This document shows, piece after piece, positions 14,621-29,400 of a stretch of DNA of 64,000 nt (its first letter is position 1; every line of letters begins with the position of its first letter). This stretch comes from Eledone cirrhosa (Eukaryota). The notes below the pieces were generated by a model. That model searched no databases and was not told where the DNA came from. It saw nothing but the letters and a program-made list of their open reading frames with translations. Both the position numbers and the translations under genes were made by a program. The stretch spans positions 7,006,001 through 7,070,000 of the forward strand of contig OZ024740.1 in assembly GCA_964016885.1 (NCBI GenBank). The letters are read 5' to 3'.

Positions 14621-17600
14621 CAATATCGGACCTGCCAACCTCTGGTGTAATACATTAGACACTATCATTCAATATCGGACTTGCCAATCTCTGGTGTAAT
14701 ACATTAGACACTATCATCCAATATCGGACCTGCCAACCTCTGGTGTAATACATTAGACACTATCATCCAATATCGGACCTGCCAACCTCTGGTATACTAC
14801 AATAGACACTATCATCCAATATCGGACTTGCCAACCTCTGGTGTAATACATTAGACACTATCATCCAATATCGGACCTGCCAACCTCTGGTGTAATACAT
14901 TAGACACTATCATCCAATATCGGACCTGCCAACCTCTGGTGTAATACATTAGACACTATCATCCAATATCGGACTTGCCAATCTCTGGTGTAATACATTA
15001 GACACTATCATCCAATATCGGACTGCCAACCTCTGGTGTAATACATTAGACACTATCATCCAATATCGGACCTGCCAACCTCTGGTATACTACATTAGAC
15101 ACTATCATCCAATATCGGACCTGCCAACCTCTGGTATACTACATTAGACACTATCATCCAATATCGGACCTGCCAACCTCTGGTATACTACATTAGACAC
15201 TATCATCCAATATCGTACCTGCCAACCTCTGGTGTAATACATTAGACACTATCATCCAATATCGGACCTGCCAACCTCTGGTATACTACATTAGACACTA
15301 TCATCCAATATCGGACCTGCCAACCTCTGGTGTAATACATTAGACACTATCATTCAATATCGGACTTGCCAATCTCTGGTGTAATACATTAGACACTATC
15401 ATCCAATATCGGACCTGCCAACCTCTGGTGTAATACATTAGACACTATCATCCAATATCGGACCTGCCAACCTCTGGTATACTTCAATAGACACTATCAT
15501 CCAATATCGGACTTGCCAACCTCTGGTGTAATACATTAGACACTATCATCCAATATCGGACCTGCCAACCTCTGGTGTAATACATTAGACACTATCATCC
15601 AATATCGGACCTGCCAACCTCTGGTGTAATACATTAGACACTATCATCCAATATCGGACTTGCCAATCTCTGGTGTAATACATTAGACACTATCATCCAA
15701 TATCGGACCTGCCAACCTCTGGTATACTACATTAGACACTATCATCCAATATCGGACTTGCCAACCTCTGGTGTAATACATTAGACACTATCATCCAATA
15801 TCGGACCTGCCAACCTCTGGTGTAATACATTAGACACTATCATCCAATATCGGACTTGCCAACCTCTGGTGTAATACATTAGACACTATCATCCAATATC
15901 GGACTTGTCAACCTCTGGTATACTACATTAGACACTATCATCCAATATCGGACCTGCCAACCTCTGGTGTAATACATTAGACACTATCATCCAATATCGG
16001 ACCTGCCAACCTCTGGTATACTACATTAGACACTATCATCCAATATCGGACCTGCCAACCTCTGGTGTAATACAATAGACACTATCATCCAATATCGGAC
16101 CTGCCAACCTCTGGTATACTACATTAGACACTATCATCCAATATCGGACCTGCCAACCTCTGGTATACTACATTAGACACTATCATCCAATATCGGACCT
16201 GCCAACCTCTGGTGTAATACATTAGACACTATCATCCAATATCGGACCTGCCAACCTCTGGTGTAATACATTAGACACTATCATCCAATATCGGACCTGC
16301 CAACCTCTGGTATACTACATTAGACACTATCATCCAATATCGGACCTGCCAACCTCTGGTATACTACAATAGACACTATCATCCAATATCGGACCTGCCA
16401 AACTCTGGTATACTACATTAGACACTATCATCCAATATCGGACCTGCCAACCTCTGGTATACTACATTAGACACTATCATCCAATATCGGACCTGCCAAC
16501 CTCTGGTGTAATACATTAGACACTATCATCCAATATCGGACCTGCCAACCTCTGGTGTAATACATTAGACACTATCATCCAATATCGGACCTGCCAACCT
16601 CTGGTGTAATACATTAGACACTATCATCCAATATCGGACCTGCCAACCTCTGGTATACTACATTAGACACTATCATCCAATATCGGACCTGCCAACCTCT
16701 GGTATACTACAATAGACACTATCATCCAATATCGGACCTGCCAACCTCTGGTATACTATATTAGACACTATCATCCAATATCGGACCTGCCAACCTCTGG
16801 TATACTATATTAGACACTATCATCCAATATCGGACCTGCCAACCTCTGGTGTAATACATTAGACACTATCATCCAATATCGGACCTGCCAACCTCTGGTA
16901 TACTACATTAGACACTATCATCCAATATCGGACCTGCCAACCTCTGGTATACTACATTAGACACTATCATCCAATATCGGACCTGCCAACCTCTGGTATA
17001 CTACATTAGACACTATCATCCAATATCGGACCTGCCAACCTCTGGTGTAATACATTAGACACTATCATCCAATATCGCACCTGCCAACCTCTGGTATACT
17101 ACATTAGACACTATCATCCAATATCGGACCTGCCAACCTCTGGTATACTACATTAGACACTATCATCCAATATCGGACCTGCCAACCTCTGGTATACTAC
17201 ATTAGACACTATCATCCAATATCGGACCTGCCAACCTCTGGTATACTACATTAGACACTATCATCCAATATCGGACCTGCCAACCTCTGGTGTAATACAT
17301 TAGACACTATCATCCAATATCGGACTTGCCAACCTCTGGTGTAATACATTAGACACTATCATCCAATATCGGACCTGCCAACCTCTGGTATACTACATTA
17401 GACACTATCATCCAATATCGGACCTGCCAACCTCTGGTCTACTACATTAGACACTATCATCCAATATCGGACTTGCCAACCTCTAGTGTAATACATTAGA
17501 CACTATCATCCAATATCGGACCTGCCAACCTCTGGTATACTACATTAGACACTATCATCCAATATCGGACCTGCCAACCTCTGGTGTAATACATTAGACA

Positions 17601-20600
17601 CTATCATCCAATATCGGACCTGCCAACCTCTGGTGTAATACATTAGACACTATCATCCAATATCGGACCTGCCAACCTCTGGTGTAATACATTAGACACT
17701 ATCATCCAATATCGGACCTGCCAACCTCTGGTATACTACATTAGACACTATCATCCAATATCGGACCTGCCAACCTCTGGTGTAATACATTAGACACTAT
17801 CATCCAATATCGGACCTGCCAACCGCTGGTATACTACATTAGACACTATCATCCAATATCGGACCTGCCAACCTCTGGTATACTACATTAGACACTATCA
17901 TCCAATATCGGACCTGCCAACCTCTGGTATACTACATTAGACACTATCATCCAATATCGGACCTGCCAACCTCTGGTGTAATACATTAGACACTATCATC
18001 CAATATCGGACCTGCCAACCTCTGGTATACTACATTAGACACTATCATCCAATATCGGACCTGCCAACCTCTGGTATACTACATTAGACACTATCATCCA
18101 ATATCGGACCTGCCAACCTCTGGTATACTACATTAGACACTATCATCCAATATCGGACCTGCCAACCTCTGGTGTAATACAATAGACACTATCATCCAAT
18201 ATCGGACCTGCCAACCTCTGGTATACTACATTAGACACTATCATCCAATATCGGACCTGCCAACCTCTGGTATACTACATTAGACACTATCATCCAATAT
18301 CGGACCTGCCAACCTCTGGTGTAATACATTAGACACTATCATCCAATATCGGACCTGCCAACCTCTGGTGTAATACATTAGACACTATCATCCAATATCG
18401 GACCTGCCAACCTCTGGTGTAATACATTAGACACTATCATCCAATATCGGACCTGCCAACCTCTGGTATACTACATTAGACACTATCATCCAATATCGGA
18501 CTTGCCAACCTCTGGTATAATACATTAGACACTATCATCCAATATCGGACCTGCCAACCTCTGGTGTAATACATTAGACACTATCATCCAATATCGGACC
18601 TGCCAACCTCTGGTGTAATACATTAGACACTATCATCAAATATCGGACCTGCCAACCTCTGGTATATTACATTAGACACTATCATCCAATATCGGACCTG
18701 CCAACCTCTGGTGTAATACATTAGACACTATCATCCAATATCGGACCTGCCAACCTCTGGTATACTACATTAGACACTATCATCCAATATCGGACCTGCC
18801 AACCTCTGGTGTAATACATTAGACACTATCATCCAATATCGGACCTGCCAACCTCTGGTATACTACATTAGACACTATCATCCAATATCGGACCTGCCAA
18901 CCTCTGGTATACTACATTAGACACTATCATCCAATATCGGACCTGCCAACCTCTCGAATACTACACTAGACACTATCATGCAATATCGGACCTGCCAACC
19001 TCTGGTGTAATACATTAGACACTATCATCCAATATCGGACCTGCCAACCTCTGGTATACTACATTAGACACTATCATCCAATATCGGACCTGCCAACCTC
19101 TGGTATACTACATTAGACACTATCATCCAATATCGGACCTGCCAACCTCTGGTATACTACATTAGACACTATCATCCACTATCGGACCTGCCAACCTCTG
19201 GTATAATACATTAGACACTATCATCCAATATCGGACCTGCCAACCTCTGGTATACTACATTAGACACTATCATCCAATATCGGACCTGTCAACCTCTGCT
19301 ATACTACATTAGACACTATCATCCAATATCAGACCTGCCAACCTCTGGTGTAATACATTAGACACTATCATCCAATATCGGACCTGCCAACCTCTGGTGT
19401 AATACATTAGACACTATCATCCAATATCGGACCTGCCAACCTCTGGTGTAATACATTAGACACTATCATCCAATATCGGACCTGCCAACCTCTGGTGTAA
19501 TACAATAGACACTATCATCCAATATCGGACCTGCCAACCTCTGGTATACTACATTAGACACTATCATCCAATATCGGACCTGCCAACCTCTGGTGTAATA
19601 CATTAGACACTATCATCCAATATCGGACCTGCCAACCTCTGGTGTAATACAATAGACACTATCATCCAATATCGGACCTGCCAACCTCTGGTATACTACA
19701 TTAGACACTATCATCCAATATCGGACCTGCCAACCTCTGGTGTAATACAATAGACACTATCATCCAATATCGGACCTGCCAACCTCTGGTATACTACATT
19801 AGACACTATCATCCAATATCGGACCTGTCAACCTCTGCTATACTACATTAGACACTATCATCCAATATCGGACCTGCCAACCTCTGGTGTAATACAATAG
19901 ACACTATCATCCAATATCGGACCTGCCAACCTCTGGTATACTACATTAGACACTATCATCCAATATCGGACCTGTCAACCTCTGCTATACTACATTAGAC
20001 ACTATCATCCAATATCGGACCTGCCAACCTCTGGTATACTACATTAGACACTATCATCCAATATCGGACCTGCCAACCTCTGGTGTAATACATTAGACAC
20101 TATCATCCAATATCGGACCTGCCAACCTCTGGTGTAATACATTAGACACTATCATCCAATATCGGACCTGCCAACCTCTGGTGTAATACATTAGACACTA
20201 TCATCCAATATCGGACCTGCCAACCTCTGGTGTAATACAATAGACACTATCATCCAATATCGGACCTGCCAACCTCTGGTATACTACATTAGACACTATC
20301 ATCCAATATCGGACCTGCCAAACTCTGGTGTAATACATTAGACACTATCATCCAATATCGGACCTGCCAACCTCTGGTGTAATACAATAGACACTATCAT
20401 CCAATATCGGACCTGCCAACCTCTGGTATACTACATTAGACACTATCATCCAATATCGGACCTGCCAACCTCTGGTATACTACAATAGACACTATCATTC
20501 AATATCGGACCTGCCAACCTCTGGTATACTACATTAGACACTATCATCCAATATCGGACCTGCCAACCTCTGGTATACTACATTAGACACTATCATCCAA

Positions 20601-23499
20601 TATCGGACCTGCCAACCTCTGGTGAAATACATTAGACACAATCATCCAATATCGGACCTGCCAACCTCTGGTATACTACATTAGACACTATCATCCAATA
20701 TCGGACCTGCCAACCTCTGGTGTAATACATTAGACACTATCATCCAATATCGGACCTGCCAACCTCTGGTGTAATACATTAGACACTATCATCCAATATC
20801 GGACTTGCCAACCTCTGGTGTAATACATTAGACACTATCATCCAATATCGGACCTGTCAACCTCTGGTATACTACATTAGACACTATCATCCAATATCGG
20901 ACCTGCCAACCTCTGGTGTAATACATTAGACACTATCATCCAATATCGGACCTGCCAACCTCTGGTATACTACATTAGACACTATCATCCAATATCGGAC
21001 CTGCCAACCTCTGGTATACTACAATAGACACTATCATCCAATATCGGACCTGCCAACCTCTGGTGTAATACATTAGACACTATCATCCAATATCGGACCT
21101 GCCAACCTCTGGTGTAATACATTAGACACTATCATCCAATATCGGACTTGCCAACCTCTGGTGTAATACATTAGACACTATCATCCAATATCGGACCTGC
21201 CAACCTCTGGTATACTACATTAGACACTATCATCCAATATCGGACCTGCCAAGCTCTGGTGTAATACATTAGACACTATCATCCAATATCGGACCTGCCA
21301 ACCTCTGGTATACTACATTAGACACTATCATCCAATATCGGACCTGCCAAGCTCTGGTGTAATACATTAGACACTATCATCCAATATCGGACCTGCCAAC
21401 CTCTGGTGTAATACATTAGACACTATCATCCAATATCGGACTTGCCAACCTCTGGTGTAATACATTAGACACGATCATCCAATATCGGACCTGCCAACCT
21501 CTGGTATACTACATTAGACACTATCATCCAATATCGGACTTGCCAACCTCTGGTGTAATACATTAGACACTATCATCCAATATCGGACTTGCCAACCTCT
21601 GGTGTAATACATTAGACACTATCATCCAATATCGGACCTGCCAACCTCTGGTATACTACATTAGACACTATCATCCAATATTGGACCTGCCAACCTCTGG
21701 TATACTATATTAGACACTATCATCCAATATCGGACCTGCCAACTTCTGGTATACTACATTAGACACTATCATCCAATATCGGACCTGCCAACCTCTGGTA
21801 TACTACATTAGACACTATCATCCAATATCGGACCTGCCAACCTCTGGTGTAATACAATAGACACTATCATCCAATATCGGACCTGCCAACCTCTGGTATA
21901 CTACATTAGACACTATCATCCAATATCGGACCTGCCAACCTCTGGTATACTACATTAGACACTATCATCCAATATCGGACCTGCCAACCTCTGGTGTAAT
22001 ACATTAGACACTATCATCCAATATCGGACCTGCCAACCTCTGGTGTAATACATTAGACACTATCATCCAATATCGGACCTGCCAACCTCTAGTGTAATAC
22101 ATTAGACACTATCATCCAATATCGGACCTGCCAACCTCTGGTATACTACATTAGACACTATCATCCAATATCGGACCTGCCAACCTCTAGTGTAATACAT
22201 TAGACACTATCATCCAATATCGGACCTGCCAACCTCTGGTATACTACATTAGACACTATCATCCAATATCGGACCTGCCAACCTCTGGTGTAATACATTA
22301 GACACTATCATCCAATATCGGACCTGCCAACCTCTGGTATACTACATTAGACACTATCATCCAATATCGGACCTGCCAACCTCTGGTATACTACATTAGA
22401 CACTATCATCCAATATCGGACCTGCCAACCTCTGGTGTAATACATTAGACACTATCATCCAATATCGGACCTGCCAACCTCTGGTGTAATACATTAGACA
22501 CTATCATCCAATATCGGACCTGCCAACCTCTGGTGTAATACATTAGACACTATCATCCAATATCGGACTTGCCAACCTCTGGTGTAATACATTAGACACT
22601 ATCATCCAATATCGGACCTGCCAACCTCTGGTATACTACATTAGACACTATCATCCAATATCGGACTCGCCAACCTCTGGTGTAATACATTAGACACTAT
22701 CATCCAATATCGGACCTGCCAACCTCTGGTGTAATACATTAGACACTATCATCCAATATTGGACTTGCCAACCTCTGTTGTAATACATTAGACACTATCA
22801 TCCAATATCGGACCTGCCAACCTCTGGTATACTACATTAGACACTATCATCCAATATCGGACTTGCCAACCTCTGGTGTAATACATTAGACACTATCATC
22901 CAATATCGGACCTGTCAGCCTCTGGTATATTACATTAGACACTATCATCCAATATCGGACCTGCCAACCTCTGGTGTAATACATTAGACACTATCATCCA
23001 ATATCGGACCTGCCAACCTCTGGTATACTACATTAGACACTATCATCCAATATCGGACCTGCCAACCTCTGGTATACTACAATAGACACTATCATCCAAT
23101 ATCGGACCTGCCAACCTCTGGTATACTACATTAGACACTATCATCCAATATCGGACCTGCCAACCTCTGGTATACTACATTAGACACTATCATCCAATAT
23201 CGGACCTGCCAACCTCTGGTGTAATACATTAGACACTATCATCCAATATCGGACCTGCCAACCTCTGGTGTAATACATTAGACACTATCATCCAATATCG
23301 GACCTGCCAACCTCTGGTATACTACATTAGACACTATCATCCAATATCGGACCTGCCAACCTCTGGTGTAATACATTAGACACTATCATCCAATATCGGA
23401 CCTGCCAACCTCTGGTGTAATACATTAGACACTATCATCCAATATCGGACCTGCCAACCTCTGGTATACTACATTAGACACTATCATCCAATATCGGAC

Positions 23500-26400
23500 C
23501 TGCCAACCTCTGGTATACTACATTAGACACTATCATCCAATATCGGACCTGCCAACCTCTGGTGTAATACATTAGACACTATCATCCAATATCGGACCTG
23601 CCAACCTCTGGTATACTACATTAGACACTATCATCCAATATCGGACCTGCCAACCTCTGGTATACTACAATAGACACTATCATCCAATATCGGACCTGCC
23701 AACCTCTGGTATACTACATTAGACACTATCATCCAATATCGGACCTGCCAACCTCTGGTATACTACATGAGACACTATCATCCAATATCGGACCTGCCAA
23801 CCTCTGGTGTAATACATTAGACACTATCATCCAATATCGGACCTGCCAACCTCTGGTGTAATACATTAGACACTATCATCCAATATCGGACCTGCCAACC
23901 TCTGGTATACTACATTAGACACTATCATCCAATACCGGACCTGCCAACCTCTGGTGTAATACATTAGACACTATCATCCAATATCGGACCTGCCAACCTC
24001 TGGTGTAATACATTAGACACTATCATCCAATATCGGACCTGCCAACCTCTGGTATACTACATTAGACACTATCATCCAATATCGGACCTGCCAACCTCTG
24101 GTGTAATACATTAGACACTATCATCCAATATCGGACCTGCCAACTTCTGGTATACTACATTAGACACTATCATCCAATATCGGACCTGCCAACCTCTGGT
24201 ATACTACATTAGACACTATCATCCAATATCGGACCTGCCAACCTCTGGTATACTACATTAGACACTATCATCCAATATCGGACCTGCCAACCTCTGGTGT
24301 AATACATTAGACACTATCATCCAATATCGGACCTGCCAACCTCTGGTGTAATACATTAGACACTATCATCCAATATCGGACCTGTCAACCTCTGCTATAC
24401 TACATTAGACACTATCATCCAATATCGGACCTGTCAACCTCTGGTATACTACATTAGACACTATCATCCAATATCGGACCTGCCAACCTCTGGTATACTA
24501 CATTAGACACTATCATCCAATATCGGACCTGCGAACCTCTGGTATACTACATTAGACACTATCATCCAATATCGTACCTGCCAACCTCTCGTATACTACA
24601 TTAGACACTATCATCCAATATCGGACCTGCCAACATCTGGTGTTCTACATTAGACACTATCATCCAATATCGGACCTGCCAACCTCTGCTATACTACATT
24701 AGACACTATCATCCAATATCGGACCTGCCAACCTCTGGTGTAATACATTAGACACTATCAACCAATATCGGACCTGCCAACCTCTGGTATACTACATTAG
24801 ACACTATCATCCAATATCGGACCTGCCAACATCTGGTGTACTACATTAGACACTATCATCCAATATCGGACCTGCCAACCTCTGCTATACTACATTAGAC
24901 ACTATCATCCAATATCGGACCTGCCAACCTCTGCTATACTACATTAGACACTATCATCCAATATCGGACCTGCCAACCTCTGGTATACTACATTAGAAAC
25001 TATCATCCAATATCGGACCTGCCAACATCTGGTGTACTACATTAGACACTATCATCCAATATCGGACCTGCCAACCTCTGGTATAATACATTAGAAACTA
25101 TCATCCAATATCGGACCTGCCAACCTCTGGTATACTACATTAGACTTTATCATCCAATATCGGACCTGCCAACCTCTGCTATAATACATTAGACACTATC
25201 ATCCAATATCGGACCTGCCAACCTCTGGTATACTACATTAGACACTATCATCCAATATCGGACCTGCCAACATCTGGTGTAATACATTAGACACTATCAT
25301 CCAATATCGGACCTGCCAACCTCTGGTATACTACATTAGACACTATCATCCAATATCGGACCTGCCAACCTCTGGTATACTACATTAGACTCTATCATCC
25401 AATATCGGACCTGCCAACCTCTGCTATAATACATTAGACACTATCATCCAATATCGGACCTGCCAACATCTGGTGTACTACATTAGACACTATCATCCAA
25501 TATCGGACCTGCCAACCTCTGGTATACTACATTAGACACTATCATCCAATATCGGACCTGCCAACCTCTGGTATACTACATTAGACACTATCATCCAATA
25601 TCGGACCTGCCAACCTCTGGTATAATACATTAGACACTATCATCCAATATCGGACCTGCCAACCTCTGGTGTAATACATTAGACACTATCATCCAATATC
25701 GGACCTGCCAACCTCTGGTGTAATACATTAGACACTATCATCCAATATCGGACCTGCCAACCTCTGGTGTAATACATTAGACACTATCATCCAATATCAG
25801 ACCTGCCAACCTCTGGTGTAATGCATTAGACACTATCATCCAATATCGGACCTGCCAACCTCTGGTGTAATACATTAGACACTATCATCCAATATCGGAC
25901 CTGCCAACCTCTGGTATAATACATTAGACACTATCATCCAATATCGGACCTGCCAACCTCTGGTGTAATACATTAGACACTATCATCCAATATCGGACCT
26001 GCCAACATCTGGTGTACTACATTAGACACTATCATCCAATATCGGACATGCCAACCTCTGGTATACTACATTAGACACTATCATCCAATATCGGACCTGC
26101 CAACCTCTGGTGTAATACATTAGACACTATCATCCAATATCGGACCTGCCAACATCTAGTGTACTACATTAGACACTATCATCCAATATCGGACCAGCCA
26201 ACCTCTGGTATACTACATTAGACACTATCATCCAATATCGGACCTGCCAACCTCTGGTATACTACATTAGACTCTATCATCCAATATCGGACCTGCCAAC
26301 CTCTGCTATAATACATTAGACACTATCATCCAATATCGGACCTGCCAACATCTGGTGTACTACATTAGACACTATCATCCAATATCGGACCTGCCAACCT

Positions 26401-29400
26401 CTGGTATACTACATTAGAAACTATCATCCAATATCGGACCTGCCAACCTCTGGTATACTACATTAGACACTATCATCCAATATCGGACCTGCCAACCTCT
26501 GGTGTAATACATTAGACACTATCATCCAATATCGGACCTGCCAACCTCTGGTGTAACACATTAGAGACTATCATCTAATATCGGACCTGCCAACCTCTGG
26601 TGTAATACATTAGACACTATCATCCAATATCGGACCTGCCAACCTCTGGTATACTACATTAGACACTATCATCCAATATCGGACCTGCCAACCTCTGGTA
26701 TACTACATTAGACAATATCATCCAATATCGGACCTGCCAACCTCTGTTGTAATACATTAGACACTATCATCCAATATCGGACCTGCCAACCTCTGGTATA
26801 CTGCATTAGACACTATCATCCAATATCGGACCTGCCAACCTCTGGTATACTGCATTAGACACTATCATCCAATATCGGACCTGCCAACCTCTGGTATACT
26901 ACATTAGACACTATCATCCAATATCGGACCTGCCAACCTCTGGTATAGTACATTAGACACTATCATCCAATATCGGACCTGCCAACCTCTGTTGTAATAC
27001 ATTAGACACTATCATCCACTATCGGACCTGCCAACCTCTGGTATACTACATTAGACACTATCATCCAATATCGGACCTGCCAACCTCTGGTGTAATACAT
27101 TAGACACTATCATCCAATATCGGACCTGCCAACCTCTGGTATACTACATTAGACACTATCATCCAATATCGGACCTGCCAACCTCTGGTGTAATACATTA
27201 GACACTATCATCCAATATCGGACCTGCCAACCTCTGGTATACTACATTAGACACTATCATCCAATATCGGACCTGCCAACCTCTGGTATACTACAATAGA
27301 CACTATCATCCAATATCGGACCTGCCAACCTCTGGTATACTACATTAGACACTATCATCCAATATCGGACCTGCCAACCTCTGGTATACTACATTAGACA
27401 CTATCATCCAATATCGGACCTGCCAACCTCTGGTGTAATACATTAGACACTATCATCCAATATCGGACCTGCCAACCTCTGGTGTAATACATTAGACACT
27501 ATCATCCAATATCGGACCTGCCAACCTCTGGTATACTACATTAGACACTATCATCCAATACCGGACCTGCCAACCTCTGGTGTAATACATTAGACACTAT
27601 CATCCAATATCGGACCTGCCAACCTCTGGTGTAATACATTAGACACTATCATCCAATATCGGACCTGCCAACCTCTGGTATACTACATTAGACACTATCA
27701 TCCAATATCGGACCTGCCAACCTCTGGTGTAATACATTAGACACTATCATCCAATATCGGACCTGCCAACTTCTGGTATACTACATTAGACACTATCATC
27801 CAATATCGGACCTGCCAACCTCTGGTATACTACATTAGACACTATCATCCAATATCGGACCTGCCAACCTCTGGTATACTACATTAGACACTATCATCCA
27901 ATATCGGACCTGCCAACCTCTGGTGTAATACATTAGACACTATCATCCAATATCGGACCTGCCAACCTCTGGTGTAATACATTAGACACTATCATCCAAT
28001 ATCGGACCTGTCAACCTCCGCTATACTACATTAGACACTATCATCCAATATCGGACCTGTCAACCTCTGGTATACTACATTAGACACTATCATCCAATAT
28101 CGGACCTGCCAACCTCTGGTATACTACATTAGACACTATCATCCAATATCGGACCTGCGAACCTCTGGTATACTACATTAGACACTATCATCCAATATCG
28201 TACCTGCCAACCTCTCGTATACTACATTAGACACTATCATCCAATATCGGACCTGCCAACATCTGGTGTTCTACATTAGACACTATCATCCAATATCGGA
28301 CCTGCCAACCTCTGCTATACTACATTAGACACTATCATCCAATATCGGACCTGCCAACCTCTGGTGTAATACATTAGACACTATCAACCAATATCGGACC
28401 TGCCAACCTCTGGTATACTACATTAGACACTATCATCCAATATCGGACCTGCCAACATCTGGTGTACTACATTAGACACTATCATCCAATATCGGACCTG
28501 CCAACCTCTGCTATACTACATTAGACACTATCATCCAATATCGGACCTGCCAACCTCTGCTATACTACATTAGACACTATCATCCAATATCGGACCTGCC
28601 AACCTCTGGTATACTACATTAGAAACTATCATCCAATATCGGACCTGCCAACATCTGGTGTACTACATTAGACACTATCATCCAATATCGGACCTGCCAA
28701 CCTCTGCTATACTACATTAGACACTATCATCCAATATCGGATCTGCCAACCTCTGGTGTAATACATTAGACACTATCATCCAATATCGGACCTGCCAACC
28801 TCTGGTATAATACATTAGAAACTATCATCCAATATCGGACCTGCCAACCTCTGGTATACTACATTAGACTTTATCATCCAATATCGGACCTGCCAACCTC
28901 TGCTATAATACATTAGACACTATCATCCAATATCGGACCTGCCAACCTCTGGTATACTACATTAGACACTATCATCCAATATCGGACCTGCCAACATCTG
29001 GTGTAATACATTAGACACTATCATCCAATATCGGACCTGCCAACCTCTGGTATACTACATTAGACACTATCATCCAATATCGGACCTGCCAACCTCTGGT
29101 ATACTACATTAGACACTATCATCCAATATCGGACCTGCCAACCTCTGGTGTAATACATTAGACACTATCATCCAATATCGGACCTGCCAACATCTGGTGT
29201 ACTACATTAGACACTATCATCCAATATCGGACCTGCCAACCTCTGGTATACTACATTAGACACTATCATCCAATATCGGACCTGCCAACCTCTGGTGTAA
29301 TACATTAGACACTATCATCCAATATCGGACCTGCCAACATCTGGTGTACTACATTAGACACTATCATCCAATATCGGACCTGCCAACCTCTGGTATACTA

